A stretch of DNA of 64,000 nt from an uncultured delta proteobacterium (lineage in GTDB: Bacteria; Myxococcota; Myxococcia; Myxococcales; Myxococcaceae), in NCBI GenBank assembly GCA_963771175.1, contig CAVYSY010000008.1:48299-112298 (forward strand), read 5' to 3'. The notes under the pieces were generated by a model, which searched no databases, was not told the origin of the DNA, and was given only the letters and a program-made list of their open reading frames with translations. Positions 22,381 through 33,145 of the stretch are shown here, piece after piece; position 1 is the first letter of the stretch; every line of letters begins with the position of its first letter. The translations under genes and the position numbers were made by a program.

Positions 22381-23352
22381 TCAGGGGCAGACGCCGCAAT
22401 CACTCATGCAGCTCTCGGACATGGTCCCGGTCCCGCACTTCTCGGAGATCTGGCAGATGCCATCTCCACACGTGTAGATCTCCTCCTGGCGAATCCGTGT
22501 GGTGATGGGCGCGTAGGCGATGCCGTTGTAGGTGCACGACGTGTAGAACTTCTTCGACGCGTCCGGGGTGCAGAACTTCCCGCACTCGTCGACGAGGCGG
22601 ACCAGCGGCGCGCACTCCTGGCTCGTGTCGTTCTTGACGGACGAGAGGGCGCACCCGCGCGCGGTGCTTTCATCCGCGTGGAGCAGAGAGGAATCACTGG
22701 CGGCGTAGACTCCCTCGTTATTGAAGAGGTTGCCGAAGAAGCACCCCTCCTGCACGACGAACGTCGAGAGTTCGGAGGAGGTGTAGGGAATGGTCACGCC
22801 CATCGAGCCCCTGCCCAGCACGGAGATGGGCAGCTTGACGCCATATTTGTTGCCATGGGCGGCCAGACAGGCGGAGACGACCTGCTGTTCCTTCACGGTC
22901 GCGGGCTTGCCGCTGGCCCAATCAGGTGCCAGTCCCAGGTTTCCCTGCCACGTATAGCTGATGCCTGTGGCGACGTCGGTGAAGGTTCGCACCTCGCCCG
23001 CGGCGACGGCGCACTGGACGAGATAGCGCATCAGCATGTCGCGCAGCGACGGTTCCTGCTGGAACCAGGCCTGGAACTCACTGGAGCTCAGGCCATTGAA
23101 CGCGAGTCCATTGAACGCAAGTCCATTGAACGCGAGTCCATTGAACGCGAGTCCATTGAACGCGAGGCCGTTGATGACAGCCAGGTCCTGGGCCTGGCCG
23201 TGAAGAGCGGGGGGCTCGGGAGGAGCTTCCGCTGGGCCGCAGGCGCTCAGGATGGGTGGCAGGAGCAGCGCCAGGAGGGCCCACGACAGCGAAGCAGCGT
23301 TTCCAGGGCGGGTCCACACTCGGCCAGACACGGCAGTCGTTCGCGCATTCAT
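22381..23352 (-). CDS. Cys-rich lipoprotein with (NGLAF)n pentapeptide repeat
   Basis: Lipobox LSAC; NGLAF x5 plus NGLSS; YLVQCA...GLAPDW...SACLAAH.N..G; C-terminal CGDGIC...CGVCP. Confidence 0.85.
   Translation of the reverse strand: MNARTTAVSGRVWTRPGNAASLSWALLALLLPPILSACGPAEAPPEPPALHGQAQDLAVINGLAFNGLAFNGLAFNGLAFNGLAFNGLSSSEFQAWFQQEPSLRDMLMRYLVQCAVAAGEVRTFTDVATGISYTWQGNLGLAPDWASGKPATVKEQQVVSACLAAHGNKYGVKLPISVLGRGSMGVTIPYTSSELSTFVVQEGCFFGNLFNNEGVYAASDSSLLHADESTARGCALSSVKNDTSQECAPLVRLVDECGKFCTPDASKKFYTSCTYNGIAYAPITTRIRQEEIYTCGDGICQISEKCGTGTMSESCMSDCGVCP
23092..23172. repeat. 15-bp tandem repeat (gagtccattgaacgc) encoding NGLAF
   Basis: About 5.5 near-identical units visible directly. Confidence 0.9.
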
Positions 23353-23601
23353 GTCACAACCTCCCGGAGTGGGGAGCAACGGCCGGGCCCCACACGGACA
23401 CCCGACCGAGGCTCCCTGGATGTGCGGATGACGGCTCCGCCACATCAACTTGCTCAACCTATGAAAACCTGGAAGTCCAGGTTGGCTCGAGCACACAGGG
23501 AGTGTGAAGGTGGCGACAGGAAGGCGAGGCGGCTGTGTCTGCTAACGGACCCGGGAAGGTGGTGGCGGAAGTGCTCCCACACGGAGGCTTCTGAAAGAGA
23601 C

Positions 23602-25150
23602 TCAGGGCTCCGGGAAGAGGAGCAGGCCTCGCGAGGTGTCGATGACATACACGTACCCGTCTCCCGGCACGCGCATGCCAATCGCCCCCTCGTAGAAGCT
23701 CTTCCCCCGGCCCGGATCCGCCTCACGGAAGGTGTTGAAGTACGCCACCTCCTTCGGGCTCTCCGGCGTGGACACGTCCAGCACCCTCACCCCGTGCTGG
23801 TAGTGCGCGATGTAGAGCCGCTGGTCCTTCAGCACCATGTTGTGGATGGACGCACTCGCCTCCAGCCTGTACTCGCCCAGCCGCTTCGGGTTCGCCGCGT
23901 CCGTCACGTCTAGCACCCGCAGGTGCGCGCCCCAGTTCTCCCCGCCCTCGAAGGCGATGAGCCGGTCCCCGAACCGCCCCACCGCGTTCGCGTGGCTCGT
24001 CGCGTGGCGGGTAGGTGTACGCCCCCAGCTTCTTCGTCTGGGCCGGGTCGCTCACGTCGACGATGAGGTACCCGCCCGACCAGTGGTTGATGTACAGCCG
24101 CCCGTCGAAGGCCAGCGCGTCATGCGGATAGCCCACCCTCGAGTCGCTGACGGCTCCCGGCTCCGCGTACTCCCCGAGCAGCACCGGCTCCAGGGGCTCG
24201 TGGATGTCGAAGATGAGCGTCTTTGGCGTCGGGCCCGAGGACATGGCGTACAACCGCCCCCCCTCCACGAAAACGGTGTGCACGTTGATCTGCCCCCCTC
24301 CCGGGTAGCCACGCAGCAGTTGCGGATCCGCCGGATTCGAGATGTCGAAGACGATGACGCCCGTGTTCGCGCTCGCCACGTACAGCGCGTTATCCTTCGC
24401 CCACACCCCGTTCCAGTAGTTGTCCGTCGGCAGGCTGATCGTCTTCTTCAGCACCGGAGCGGTCTTGTCGCTCACGTCGAAGACCGAGAGCCCTCCCCCC
24501 TCGGTGCCGTCGCGGATGGACACCACGTAGGCATGGCCCTGGGTCACATAGATGTCCACGGGCAGGCCCTGCGCCACGAACGACTCGGAGGTGAGCCGCA
24601 GCCCCGAGGCCTCGGCCTCCCCCGCGCGCGGTGCCCACTTCTCCGCCAGGAAGGTGCCCGCGCCGGACACATTGCCGTTGCGGCAGTTGACGAAGCACCC
24701 GTACAGCCGAGTGCCCTCGGCCCGGCAGCCGACGATGGAGTTGCGCTGGGTGACCGTCGCGGACGTGCTCCGCGTGCTCGACAGGAAGAAGTTGTCCGCG
24801 TCCACCTGCCGCTGCGTCGGCGTGCCCCCACGGAAGGAATCGAGGCTGCCGTCCCCCGAGATGCGGAAGGAGCCCGCGCCGATGGCGGGCGACTCGCCGT
24901 CCCACCGGTACACCATCGTGAAGAGGCCATCCCGTGCCAGTCCGCCCAGCGAGGCTTTTTCACATCCTGAGAGATTGAACGTCGCCTGCTCCCCACAGGC
25001 CGCCGAGGTGTCGGAGAGCAACTCGCACGCGGCGTAGCGGCCGGTGTCCTCCCAGTCCCCCTTCTCTTCCAGCGGCTCCTCGGAGCTGCAGCCGAGCAGC
25101 GACAGACCTCCGACAAACAGGACCGCACGGGCACTACGCGTCCAACCCAT
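23602..25150 (-). CDS. LVIVD-repeat lipoprotein (indel near 24010)
   Basis: Lipobox LLGC; repeated GLSVFDVSD / GVIVFDISNP / YLIVDVSDP / LRVLDV units. Confidence 0.88.
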
Positions 25151-25342
25151 GTGAGCGTTCCCCTTTCATGACACCGGGCGGGCACGATAGCGCCACCGCC
25201 GCCCCTCTCGGAGGCCGCCCTCCGCGCACGCACAGGGAACGAGCAGGCAGTAGCCCTCTATTGGCCAATCGCCCCGCTCGCGCCGGTATACCGGGTGGCG
25301 CTCGACGTTTATCGTGCGGGCCCCGCCCACGGAGCACTCACC

Positions 25343-26678
25343 ATGAAACTCCTGCCTCCGGTCCGTTGCTGGTTGCTGCTGACGCCGCTCGTGTGGCCCG
25401 CCTCTCCCGCCCTCGCGCACGCGGGCTTTCCCGATACCACCAGCATCGCCGTGCGCCGCGACCACCCCGAGGACATGCTGCTCGGCGCCACCTTCGGCGC
25501 GGTGGTGACCCGCGACAGTGGGAAGACCTGGCGCTGGCTGTGCCCCGAGGGCATCGGCTACGGCGGCTGGAACCCCGAGTCCTACCTCTGGCAGCCCGAT
25601 GGCACCCTGCTCGCGGCCACCGGCTCGCAGCTCATCCGCTCGAAAGACGGTGGCTGCACCTGGACGGCGCACGAATACTTCACCTCCCGGAGCCTGTGGC
25701 CCATGGGGCTCGCGTCGCCCGCGTCCCAGCCCTCGCGCCTGTGGGTGACGACGGCCCGCGCCGCCGTCCCCAACGGAGTCTTCCGCAGCGACGACGGCGG
25801 GGAGAGCTTCATCGCCACCTCGCTGCAGCGTACCGACGCCGTCTTCACCGCCGTGAAGGTGGCCCCCTCGGACACGAAGCGCCTCTACGTCTCCGGCAGC
25901 ACGCCCGACGGACTGCGCCTCTTCCGCAGCGACGACGAGGGCGCCACCTGGGAGGAGATTGCCCAGCCCTTCCCCGAGTACTCCGCCACCTCGCGGCCCT
26001 ATGACCTGTTCGTCCTGAAGGTGGCCGACACCGACCCGAACCGCCTCTGGGCCCGCGTCACCGCGCAGGGCTGGACGTACGTGCTGGAGAGCAAGGACGG
26101 TGGCCGTACCTTCACCTCCGTCATCCACCCCGCCAACCAGACGCAGGACGGGTCTCGACGAGTACCTCATCGGCATCGAGGTCTCCGCCGATGGGAACAC
26201 CGTCTGGGCAGCAACCCCCACGCGCCTCTTCCGCTCGCGAAACCGGGAGCCCGCCGTCCTCCTGTCACTCCCCGATGGCAATGCCTGCGTGCAGCGCCAG
26301 GGTGATGGGTCCCTCCTCGTCTGCGGCGCGAGCCGGGTGCATGACTGGGCCCTGGCGCGCACCACCACCGAGGGCGACGCGTACGAGCCCCTCCTCGACC
26401 TGACCTGGCTCCAGCCCCCCGCGTGCCCCACCGGCACCCCCGTCCAGGACCGCTGCCTGCCGCGCTGGCCACAGTTCGCGCCCACCATTGGCGCCTCGGC
26501 CGAAGAGTCGGACGCCGGCACGCCGGACCCCGGCACACCGGATGCCGGCTCGCCCGAGGACCCGGCGCCTCCGCCCAGGTCGGACGGGTGCTCGACCACG
26601 GGTGGGCTGGTGCCCGCCGCCTGCCTCCTCACCCTTACCCTTCTCCGCCGCTCCCAGCGGCGCAACCCGGAGACCTGA
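25343..26678 (+). CDS. BNR/Asp-box beta-propeller surface protein with MYXO-CTERM-like anchor (indel near 26150)
   Basis: Repeated SxDxGxTW/F boxes (RDSGKTW, SKDGGCTW, SDDGGESF, SDDEGATW, SKDGGRTF); C-terminal GCSTTGG-hydrophobic-RR tail. Confidence 0.85.
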
Positions 26679-26682
26679 CACC

Positions 26683-27297
26683 ATGAACCCGAGACAGCTC
26701 AGCACCGCCTGCGTGGCCGCCCTCGCCCTCTCCCTGTCCGCCTGCGACTCGAGCGACGCCGAGTGCGGTGAGCCCCTCTACGCCGGCAAGGCGACGGACG
26801 AGGCCTGGCGCTCCATGGTGGACGCACGCACCAAGGCCGCGGACAACTCCCGCGCCGTCACCCTCCTCTCCCCCTCCGAGGGCGAGGTGTACGCGGCCAA
26901 CGCCGCCCCGCCCCTCTGGGAGTGGACCTCGCCCCTGCGCGCCTCGCTCCAGCGCTCCGCCCCGGGCGCGCTCGCGCTCGCGGCGCCCCGCCCCACCCGC
27001 TCCTTCACCGCGTGGCTGGGCGAGCTGCTCGTCCCCACCGCCCACGCGCACCTGCCTCCGTATACGGGCGACCTCTACTGGGTGGAGGTATCCACGCCCG
27101 GCGACAAGTGCCCCGTGGCCCAGGTGCTGACCTCGGAGCTGTCCTGGCAGCTCGACGCCAACACGTGGGCCGAGCTGGGCAAGAACACCCAGGCGCTCAC
27201 CGTGCAGGTGACGAGCGCCTACCTCGTGCAGAACCGTGTCACCGAGGGCCCCTACCAGCTCGCCACGCCTCGCGCCTTCCGCCGGGAGGCACAGTGA
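26683..27297 (+). CDS. Lipoprotein, unknown function
   Basis: Lipobox LSAC; stop overlaps the next gene (GTGA). Confidence 0.8.
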   Translation: MNPRQLSTACVAALALSLSACDSSDAECGEPLYAGKATDEAWRSMVDARTKAADNSRAVTLLSPSEGEVYAANAAPPLWEWTSPLRASLQRSAPGALALAAPRPTRSFTAWLGELLVPTAHAHLPPYTGDLYWVEVSTPGDKCPVAQVLTSELSWQLDANTWAELGKNTQALTVQVTSAYLVQNRVTEGPYQLATPRAFRREAQ

Positions 27298-28517
27298 AGC
27301 GCCGACTGCTCACGCTGCTCGCCCCGCTCGCGCTCGGGGCATGCACCGACACCGGGGACACGGTGCCGGAGCTCGACTACGCCATCGACTCGCCGTGGCC
27401 CGCGGGCGAGGAGCTCGCCCCACTGGGTGGCGGGCGCATCGTCGTCACCAACAGCCTCGATGACACCGTGAGCCTGCTGGACCTGGACTCGCTGGGCTCG
27501 CCGGACTGGGGCGAGCTGGCGCGCGTGCCGGTGGGGCTCAACCCCGTGGAACTGGAGGGGCCGCACCATGCCGCCTTCTCCCCTCGCGCCGACTACTACT
27601 ACGTGGGCCTGTCCTATTTCGTGCCCGGTGGCGGCTCGGGCCCGCACGGCACGCATGGCACCGGCACCGCGGACGGCTACTGCCTCAAGCTGGACGCGAA
27701 GGACAACCGGGTGGTGGGCTCAGTGCGCGTGGACCGCAACCCGGGGGACCTCATCCTCAGCGCGGACGGGCGCACGCTGTACCAGACGCACTTCGACATG
27801 CTGAGGATTACCGAGGTGGCGAAGCGCGGCGGCACCGAGCAGGAGATGGACGCGCGCCTGGCCATCCTCGACGCGGAGACGATGACGCGCAAGGCGATGG
27901 TGCCGGTGTGCCCGGCGCCGCACGCGGTGCGCCTCTCCCCCGACGAGAAGCGGGCCTATGTCGCGTGCATCTCGGACGAGGTGGCCGTGGTGCGGCTGGA
28001 CACCGAGGGCTACCCCGTCACCCGCATCAAGGTGGCGGACAACGCGGGCAGCGCGCTGGCACCCCGGCACGAGCCCTACGCGCTCACCCTGTCGCCCACG
28101 GACGGCGCGCTGTGGGTGGGCTCGCTGAAGAGCCGCGCGGTCCACTACCTGGACCCGGAGTCGCTCACCATGAAGCCCGAGCGCAGCGTGTACTTCAGCG
28201 GCGCGCCCATGTTCGGCGTCATCACCCCGGACGGCCACACGCTCTACCAGCCCTACCAGACCGTCGACGCGGTGGCGGTCATCGACACGGCCACCTCCAG
28301 GGTGACGCGGGAGATTCCGCTCGCGCCCGCCGGCTGCATCAACGTGCACCAGGTGGAGCTGACGCCGGACGGCAAGCACGGGCTCGCGGTGTGCGAGGGA
28401 GACCACCAGGGCCCGGGCACGCTCCACGTGCTGGACCTGGAGGCGAACACGGTGGTGAAGACGGTGCAGGTGGGAATCTTCCCGGACTCGGTGGGCATCC
28501 TGCGGAGGAAGCCATGA
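27294..28517 (+). CDS. YncE/YVTN beta-propeller lipoprotein
   Basis: Lipobox LGAC; VTNSLDDTVSLLD, PHAVRLSPD, VAVIDT, VELTPDG repeats. Confidence 0.85.
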   Translation: MKRRLLTLLAPLALGACTDTGDTVPELDYAIDSPWPAGEELAPLGGGRIVVTNSLDDTVSLLDLDSLGSPDWGELARVPVGLNPVELEGPHHAAFSPRADYYYVGLSYFVPGGGSGPHGTHGTGTADGYCLKLDAKDNRVVGSVRVDRNPGDLILSADGRTLYQTHFDMLRITEVAKRGGTEQEMDARLAILDAETMTRKAMVPVCPAPHAVRLSPDEKRAYVACISDEVAVVRLDTEGYPVTRIKVADNAGSALAPRHEPYALTLSPTDGALWVGSLKSRAVHYLDPESLTMKPERSVYFSGAPMFGVITPDGHTLYQPYQTVDAVAVIDTATSRVTREIPLAPAGCINVHQVELTPDGKHGLAVCEGDHQGPGTLHVLDLEANTVVKTVQVGIFPDSVGILRRKP

Positions 28518-29209
28518 AGGGGCTGTGGTTGGGAGCGGCGCTGCTCGCCACGGGCTGCGGCCCGACGCCCGCGGCGGAGTACGGCGAGGAGTTGTTCCGC
28601 GATCCGAAGCTGTCGGAGAGCCAGTACAACACCGTCTCGTGCGCCACCTGCCACGCGACGACGGCCACCCCCGAGCCGGGCAGGGCGTACGTGGGCCACA
28701 CGCTCTACAACGCGGCCTCGCGACCCCACTGGTGGGGCGGCTACGAGACGCGCCTGCTGGACGCGGTGAACTTCTGCTACACGGCCTTCATGCGCGGCGT
28801 CACCCCGCTCGCGCCGGAGGACCCGAAGAGCCGCGCCCTCTACGAGTACCTGGCGAGCATCAGCCCGGACACGGACGTGCCGGCGCAGCCCTTCACCCTC
28901 GTCAAGGACATCACCGACGTGCCGCGCGGCAGCGCCGAGTGGGGCGCGGACGTGTACGAGGCCGCGTGCCAGGACTGTCACGGCGAGGCACACACCGGCA
29001 AGGGTCGCAAGACGGAGCTGACTCCCGTGCTGCCCGAGGTCGCCCAGGACTACGGCCATCTCTTCCCGGGCATCTCCCCGGGGCTGGTGTTCATCGAGAA
29101 GGTGCGACACGGCCGTTTCTTCGGCGTGGGTGGAAATATGCCGCCCTACAGCCGCGAAGCATTGTCCGACGAGGATTTGGGCGCGCTGCTGGCGTACCTC
29201 GGCCTCTAG
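28514..29209 (+). CDS. Di-heme cytochrome c lipoprotein
   Basis: Lipobox ATGC; two CxxCH motifs (CATCH, CQDCH); distal GNMPPY. Confidence 0.9.
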   Translation: MKGLWLGAALLATGCGPTPAAEYGEELFRDPKLSESQYNTVSCATCHATTATPEPGRAYVGHTLYNAASRPHWWGGYETRLLDAVNFCYTAFMRGVTPLAPEDPKSRALYEYLASISPDTDVPAQPFTLVKDITDVPRGSAEWGADVYEAACQDCHGEAHTGKGRKTELTPVLPEVAQDYGHLFPGISPGLVFIEKVRHGRFFGVGGNMPPYSREALSDEDLGALLAYLGL

Positions 29210-29309
29210 GAGCACCGACAACACAATCCCTTTCCTGCTAAGAAAGGGAGAACACCGCACCCATCGTCACCCTGGGTGGACGCCCCCCTCGCCCCAGGTG
29301 GAGGAATCA

Positions 29310-29927
29310 ATGAACAGCACTTCGTCCGCGCAGCCGTCCCAGGGAGCTGGAGCGCAAAGCGAGCTGGAGCAGCGCCTGGTCCTGCTCACCCCCAAGGACA
29401 CCACGCGCGGCTTCCTCTTCACCGCCGCGCTGGACGTGGTGAAGAGCCAGCTGGGTGAGGCCGCGGTGAAGCGCTGCATCGAGGCGGCCGGGGGCGGGAG
29501 CTTCACCGCTTTCTTCTCCTACCCCGTCTCCACCCTGCTCAAGCTCAGCTACGCCGCCTCGCGGGAGCTGAGCGGCAAGAATGGGGGCTTCGATGGGGCG
29601 CTGCAGCTGCTCGGGTACCGGGTCGCGCCGCGCTTCCTGGAGTCCACCACGGGCAAGATGCTGCTCTCCCTGGTGAGCAACAAGGACCCCAAGCGCCTCA
29701 TCGACAGCCTGCCCACGGCCTACCGGACGGCCTGGGACCACGGCTCCTGCTCGCTGAAGTGGCTCGGTCCGAAGAATGGTCGGCTCGCCTACGTGAACGC
29801 CATGCCGGTCTCCTACTTCGCCGGCTCGGTGCAGCAGATGCTCGCGGCCGCGCAGCTCACCGGCGCCCGGGTCACCGGACGCCAGACGGGGCTGACGTCG
29901 AGCGAGGTGGACTTCTCCTGGGAGTGA
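29310..29927 (+). CDS. DUF2378 / TIGR02265 Myxococcales-restricted protein
   Basis: RGFLF...FFSYPV...LG..F.EST.GK.L...PKRL..LPTAY pattern typical of the family. Confidence 0.8.
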   Translation: MNSTSSAQPSQGAGAQSELEQRLVLLTPKDTTRGFLFTAALDVVKSQLGEAAVKRCIEAAGGGSFTAFFSYPVSTLLKLSYAASRELSGKNGGFDGALQLLGYRVAPRFLESTTGKMLLSLVSNKDPKRLIDSLPTAYRTAWDHGSCSLKWLGPKNGRLAYVNAMPVSYFAGSVQQMLAAAQLTGARVTGRQTGLTSSEVDFSWE

Positions 29928-29999
29928 GCGCTCCGGGGCGCCGGGTGGAGAGCCACCCCGGCGGACCCCTCGGAGCCAGCGCCCGAGCCGGACGACGGC

Positions 30000-30980
30000 T
30001 CAGGCCACTCGCACGTGCCGGACGGGTGCGGCCTGCTCGGCCTCGCCCTCCTGGTAGCGGCCGGTCATGATGGACCAGTCGACGTTGGCGCGAATCCAGC
30101 GGCGCATGCCCGTGACGTAGCTGGCCACCTGGGCGTCGTGCTCGCCGAACGAGGGCAGCTTCTTCTCCAGCTCCAGGAAGTGCCGCACCGCCTCGTCGTG
30201 CATCTCCACCGCCACGTCGATGGCCGCCTGCAGCTCCAGCCCGTGCTGCTTCCGCAGCGAGAACACCAGGTTGGGGTGGAACTCGTCCTTCATGTCCTGC
30301 GCCAGCGAGAAGAGGTCGTTCGCCCAGGCAATCACGTCCGTGGCCACCACGGTGAGCTCCGTGAGGGCCGGGTGGGACAGCACCGCCTCCGGCAGGAAGA
30401 AGCCCTCGATGGCTTCAATCTGCGTGAACACCATGTACGTGCCCACCGACAGGCGGCGCAGCTCGATATAGGTGTCCACGTCGAGGCACTCGCGCTGGCC
30501 GCGCGTCTCCGCCTCCCAGATGGTGCCCGTGAAGTAGGCGTGGCAGGCCTTGATGAAGCGCTCCATCCACTCCGGCCCCATCAGCTCCGCCATCCGCTCG
30601 CGGATGCTCGCCAGCAGCCAGAGCAGCGGCGGCGCGTCGTGGTACGGAATGGCCCCCTGCAGCACGGCCATCGCCATCTCGCTCTGCTGGCGCACCCAGT
30701 CCGCCGGCACGTGGCCCACGTCCACCTGGTCATCCCACGAGAAGTTCCAGATGAGGAAGTCGAGCGCCGCGCGGATCCGCTCCTTCGGCGCCGTGGGGTG
30801 GCAGCGGCCCAGCAGCACCGGGAAGTGGCTGCGCTGCAGCTTGCGGAACACCCCGTGCCTCGAGTGCAGCCCCAGCAGCTTCGCCCAGCGCTCCAGCGCC
30901 TCGCCCTCGATGTCCTTCATCTGCGGGTGAAGCTCCGGCGTGAACGGGCAATACAGCTTGGGAAGATGAAAAGCGCTCAT
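30000..30980 (-). CDS. Class I terpene synthase
   Basis: Asp-rich WDDQVD, effector R (YIELRRLSVG), NSE-like NDLFSLAQD, C-terminal WSIMTGRY. Confidence 0.92.
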   Translation of the reverse strand: MSAFHLPKLYCPFTPELHPQMKDIEGEALERWAKLLGLHSRHGVFRKLQRSHFPVLLGRCHPTAPKERIRAALDFLIWNFSWDDQVDVGHVPADWVRQQSEMAMAVLQGAIPYHDAPPLLWLLASIRERMAELMGPEWMERFIKACHAYFTGTIWEAETRGQRECLDVDTYIELRRLSVGTYMVFTQIEAIEGFFLPEAVLSHPALTELTVVATDVIAWANDLFSLAQDMKDEFHPNLVFSLRKQHGLELQAAIDVAVEMHDEAVRHFLELEKKLPSFGEHDAQVASYVTGMRRWIRANVDWSIMTGRYQEGEAEQAAPVRHVRVA

Positions 30981-31497
30981 GGTGCAGTCCCCCTCCGACC
31001 TGCGTGTCCGGCCCGGGAGGAGCCCAATGCAAGGGGCGGACCTGGAGCCCTCCGCCTCCGTGCGCTCCCTCCGGAAGCGAGCCGTCCGAGGAGGGGCACG
31101 TAGAATTCCGCCCTGGCTTTCACCGCATTCCTGCTTTTCCTCCAATTTCCGGTAGGTGTCCGCGACCCAGTAGGTCATCCGTGCCCCGCCCCCTCGGAAA
31201 CCCACGCCCGTGAAAGTTTTCAGGGGCGAGGGGAAACCCATCCATTGTTCGTGGAGTGTTTGCGTTTGGGTGGAAGGTGCCTCCCCGTTTCCTCCGGGAG
31301 CGGAAAGCAGCATCCACGACGGGTGGGGCCGGCAGGTCCGCGAGGACCCGGGACCCGAGGCCCCTTCCTGGAAGACGGGTGGGGGCTCGTCCGTCCGCTC
31401 GCCGCCGCTCCGTTCCGCCCGTTGGCGGTGCTCCCTACCTTCCTTCAAGCGGAAGTCAGGGACACGACAACAGAGACTCCGCGAGGGAGACAGACGG

Positions 31498-32082
31498 ATG
31501 CGGACGTACAGGTTCGATCATTTCAAGGCCGAGAAACCGGAGCCCAGCGTCACCACCCCGGAAGGCGCCAGGCAGACGCATCCAGCGGAGGAGACGAAGC
31601 CCACGGTGCCGCCCTCGGAAGAGGGGCAGCTCCACTACGGGCGCCAGCACGCGCAGACGGCGGAGCTGTACCACCAGCGCCGCCAGGAGCGGGAGGAGGC
31701 GGAGCAGCTGGGCGTCGCCGGAGTCCAGCAGGAGCCGCTGGGCGGCGAAGCGCCCCCCCTGGAGACGAGGAAGCAGAGGGCCGCGCCGCGCGAGGAGCCC
31801 GTCATCCACGGCAAGGAGGATGTGGAGCAGCACGCGGGCTCCATGCCGGAGGAGTCCGGGCGCGCGGGGTTGCGCGGCCTGGCCCAGCAGGCGGTGACGA
31901 GCGTGCTCCAGGCCGCGCGCGAGGCCTCCCGGGGTCGCCCGCTGGTGGGCGCGAAGAAGCTCGCCGGTGACGCGGTGTCCGGCGCGCTGAAGGTGGCACG
32001 CGAGGTGTCGGCCCGCCGCGCCTCCCGGAAGTCCTCGGAGGCGCCAAAGGGCGGCAAGGGGAAGAAGGGCAGGAAGCGCTAG
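31498..32082 (+). CDS. Hydrophilic hypothetical protein
   Basis: GGAG RBS, ORF with typical codon bias and basic C-terminus. Confidence 0.65.
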   Translation: MRTYRFDHFKAEKPEPSVTTPEGARQTHPAEETKPTVPPSEEGQLHYGRQHAQTAELYHQRRQEREEAEQLGVAGVQQEPLGGEAPPLETRKQRAAPREEPVIHGKEDVEQHAGSMPEESGRAGLRGLAQQAVTSVLQAAREASRGRPLVGAKKLAGDAVSGALKVAREVSARRASRKSSEAPKGGKGKKGRKR

Positions 32083-32155
32083 CCCCCTCCCTCGTCCCTC
32101 GCCCCATGCCGCCGCCCATCCCCAATTTGGGGGAGGTTCTGCCCGGAGAAATCGC

Positions 32156-33061
32156 ATGTTCCCACCCCTGACCGTGCTGGTGACCGGTGCCACCGGGAAA
32201 CAGGGCGGTGCCCTGGCCCGCCTTCTCCTCAAGCGAGGACACCGCGTCCTCGCCCTCGTCCGCTCCCCGGACTCCGCCGCCGCGAAGGACCTGGAGCAAC
32301 GCGGCGCGGAGCTCACGCCGGGCGACTTCGAGGACCCCGACAGCCTCGAGCGCGCCATGCAGGGCGTGGACGCCGTGTTCGCCATGGCCACCCCCTTCGA
32401 CGCCGCGGGCCTCGAGGGCGAGGTGCGCCACGGCCGCCACCTCATCGACACCGCGAAGCTCGCCCGCGTGCGCCACTTCCTCTACTCCTCGGTGGCCGGC
32501 GCGGACCAGAACACCGGCATCCCCCACTTCGAGACGAAGCACGTGGTGGAGCAGCACCTGCACCAGAGCGGCCTGCCCTCCACCATCGTGGCGCCCGTCT
32601 TCTTCATGGAGAACTTCCTGGGGCCGTCCTTCTCGCAACGGCTGCGCGAGGGAGTGCTGTCGCTGCCGCTGCCGCCCCACCGCGGGCTGCAGATGGTGCC
32701 CATGGCGGACCTGGCCGCCTTCTGCGCCCGGGTGCTGGAGTGGCCCGACGAGTTCTTCGGCCAGCGCATCGAGGTGGCGTCCGACGAGGTGACGGGCGAG
32801 CAGGCCGCCGCCCTCATCGCCTACGTCAGCGGGCACAAGCTGCACTACGAGGAGGTACCGTTGGAGGTCTTCCGCTCGCGCGGCGAGGACATGGCGCGGA
32901 TGTTCGAGTGGCTCCAGACGGTGGGCTACCACGCGAACATCTCCAGGCTGCGGCGGGACTACCCCGAGGTGGGCTGGCACACCTTCGAGGATTGGGCGCG
33001 CGCGCAGGACTGGGACACGCTGCTGGGCCCCACCTGGGGAGGGGCCTCCGCCGAGCCCTAG
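32156..33061 (+). CDS. NmrA/HSCARG-family NAD(P)-binding protein
   Basis: VLVTGATGKQGG, YSSV, IPHFETK, FFMENF. Confidence 0.92.
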   Translation: MFPPLTVLVTGATGKQGGALARLLLKRGHRVLALVRSPDSAAAKDLEQRGAELTPGDFEDPDSLERAMQGVDAVFAMATPFDAAGLEGEVRHGRHLIDTAKLARVRHFLYSSVAGADQNTGIPHFETKHVVEQHLHQSGLPSTIVAPVFFMENFLGPSFSQRLREGVLSLPLPPHRGLQMVPMADLAAFCARVLEWPDEFFGQRIEVASDEVTGEQAAALIAYVSGHKLHYEEVPLEVFRSRGEDMARMFEWLQTVGYHANISRLRRDYPEVGWHTFEDWARAQDWDTLLGPTWGGASAEP

Positions 33062-33145
33062 CCCCGTCCGCACTCCGAGCGGCCTTCTTTCCCGGGCGCG
33101 CATGCCCCCCGGGGCACCCCTAGCTTTTCAGCAGGAGGTTCCCCC

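Noticed and set aside
23092..23172. Mini-CRISPR or regulatory repeat
   Set aside because: Contiguous 15-bp units without spacers, in frame within a lipoprotein gene.
10792..23913. Long antisense ORFs (e.g. 10792-12852, 15241-17859, 21625-23913)
   Set aside because: Shadow frames typical of high-GC DNA, lying opposite motif-bearing genes; no recognisable domains.
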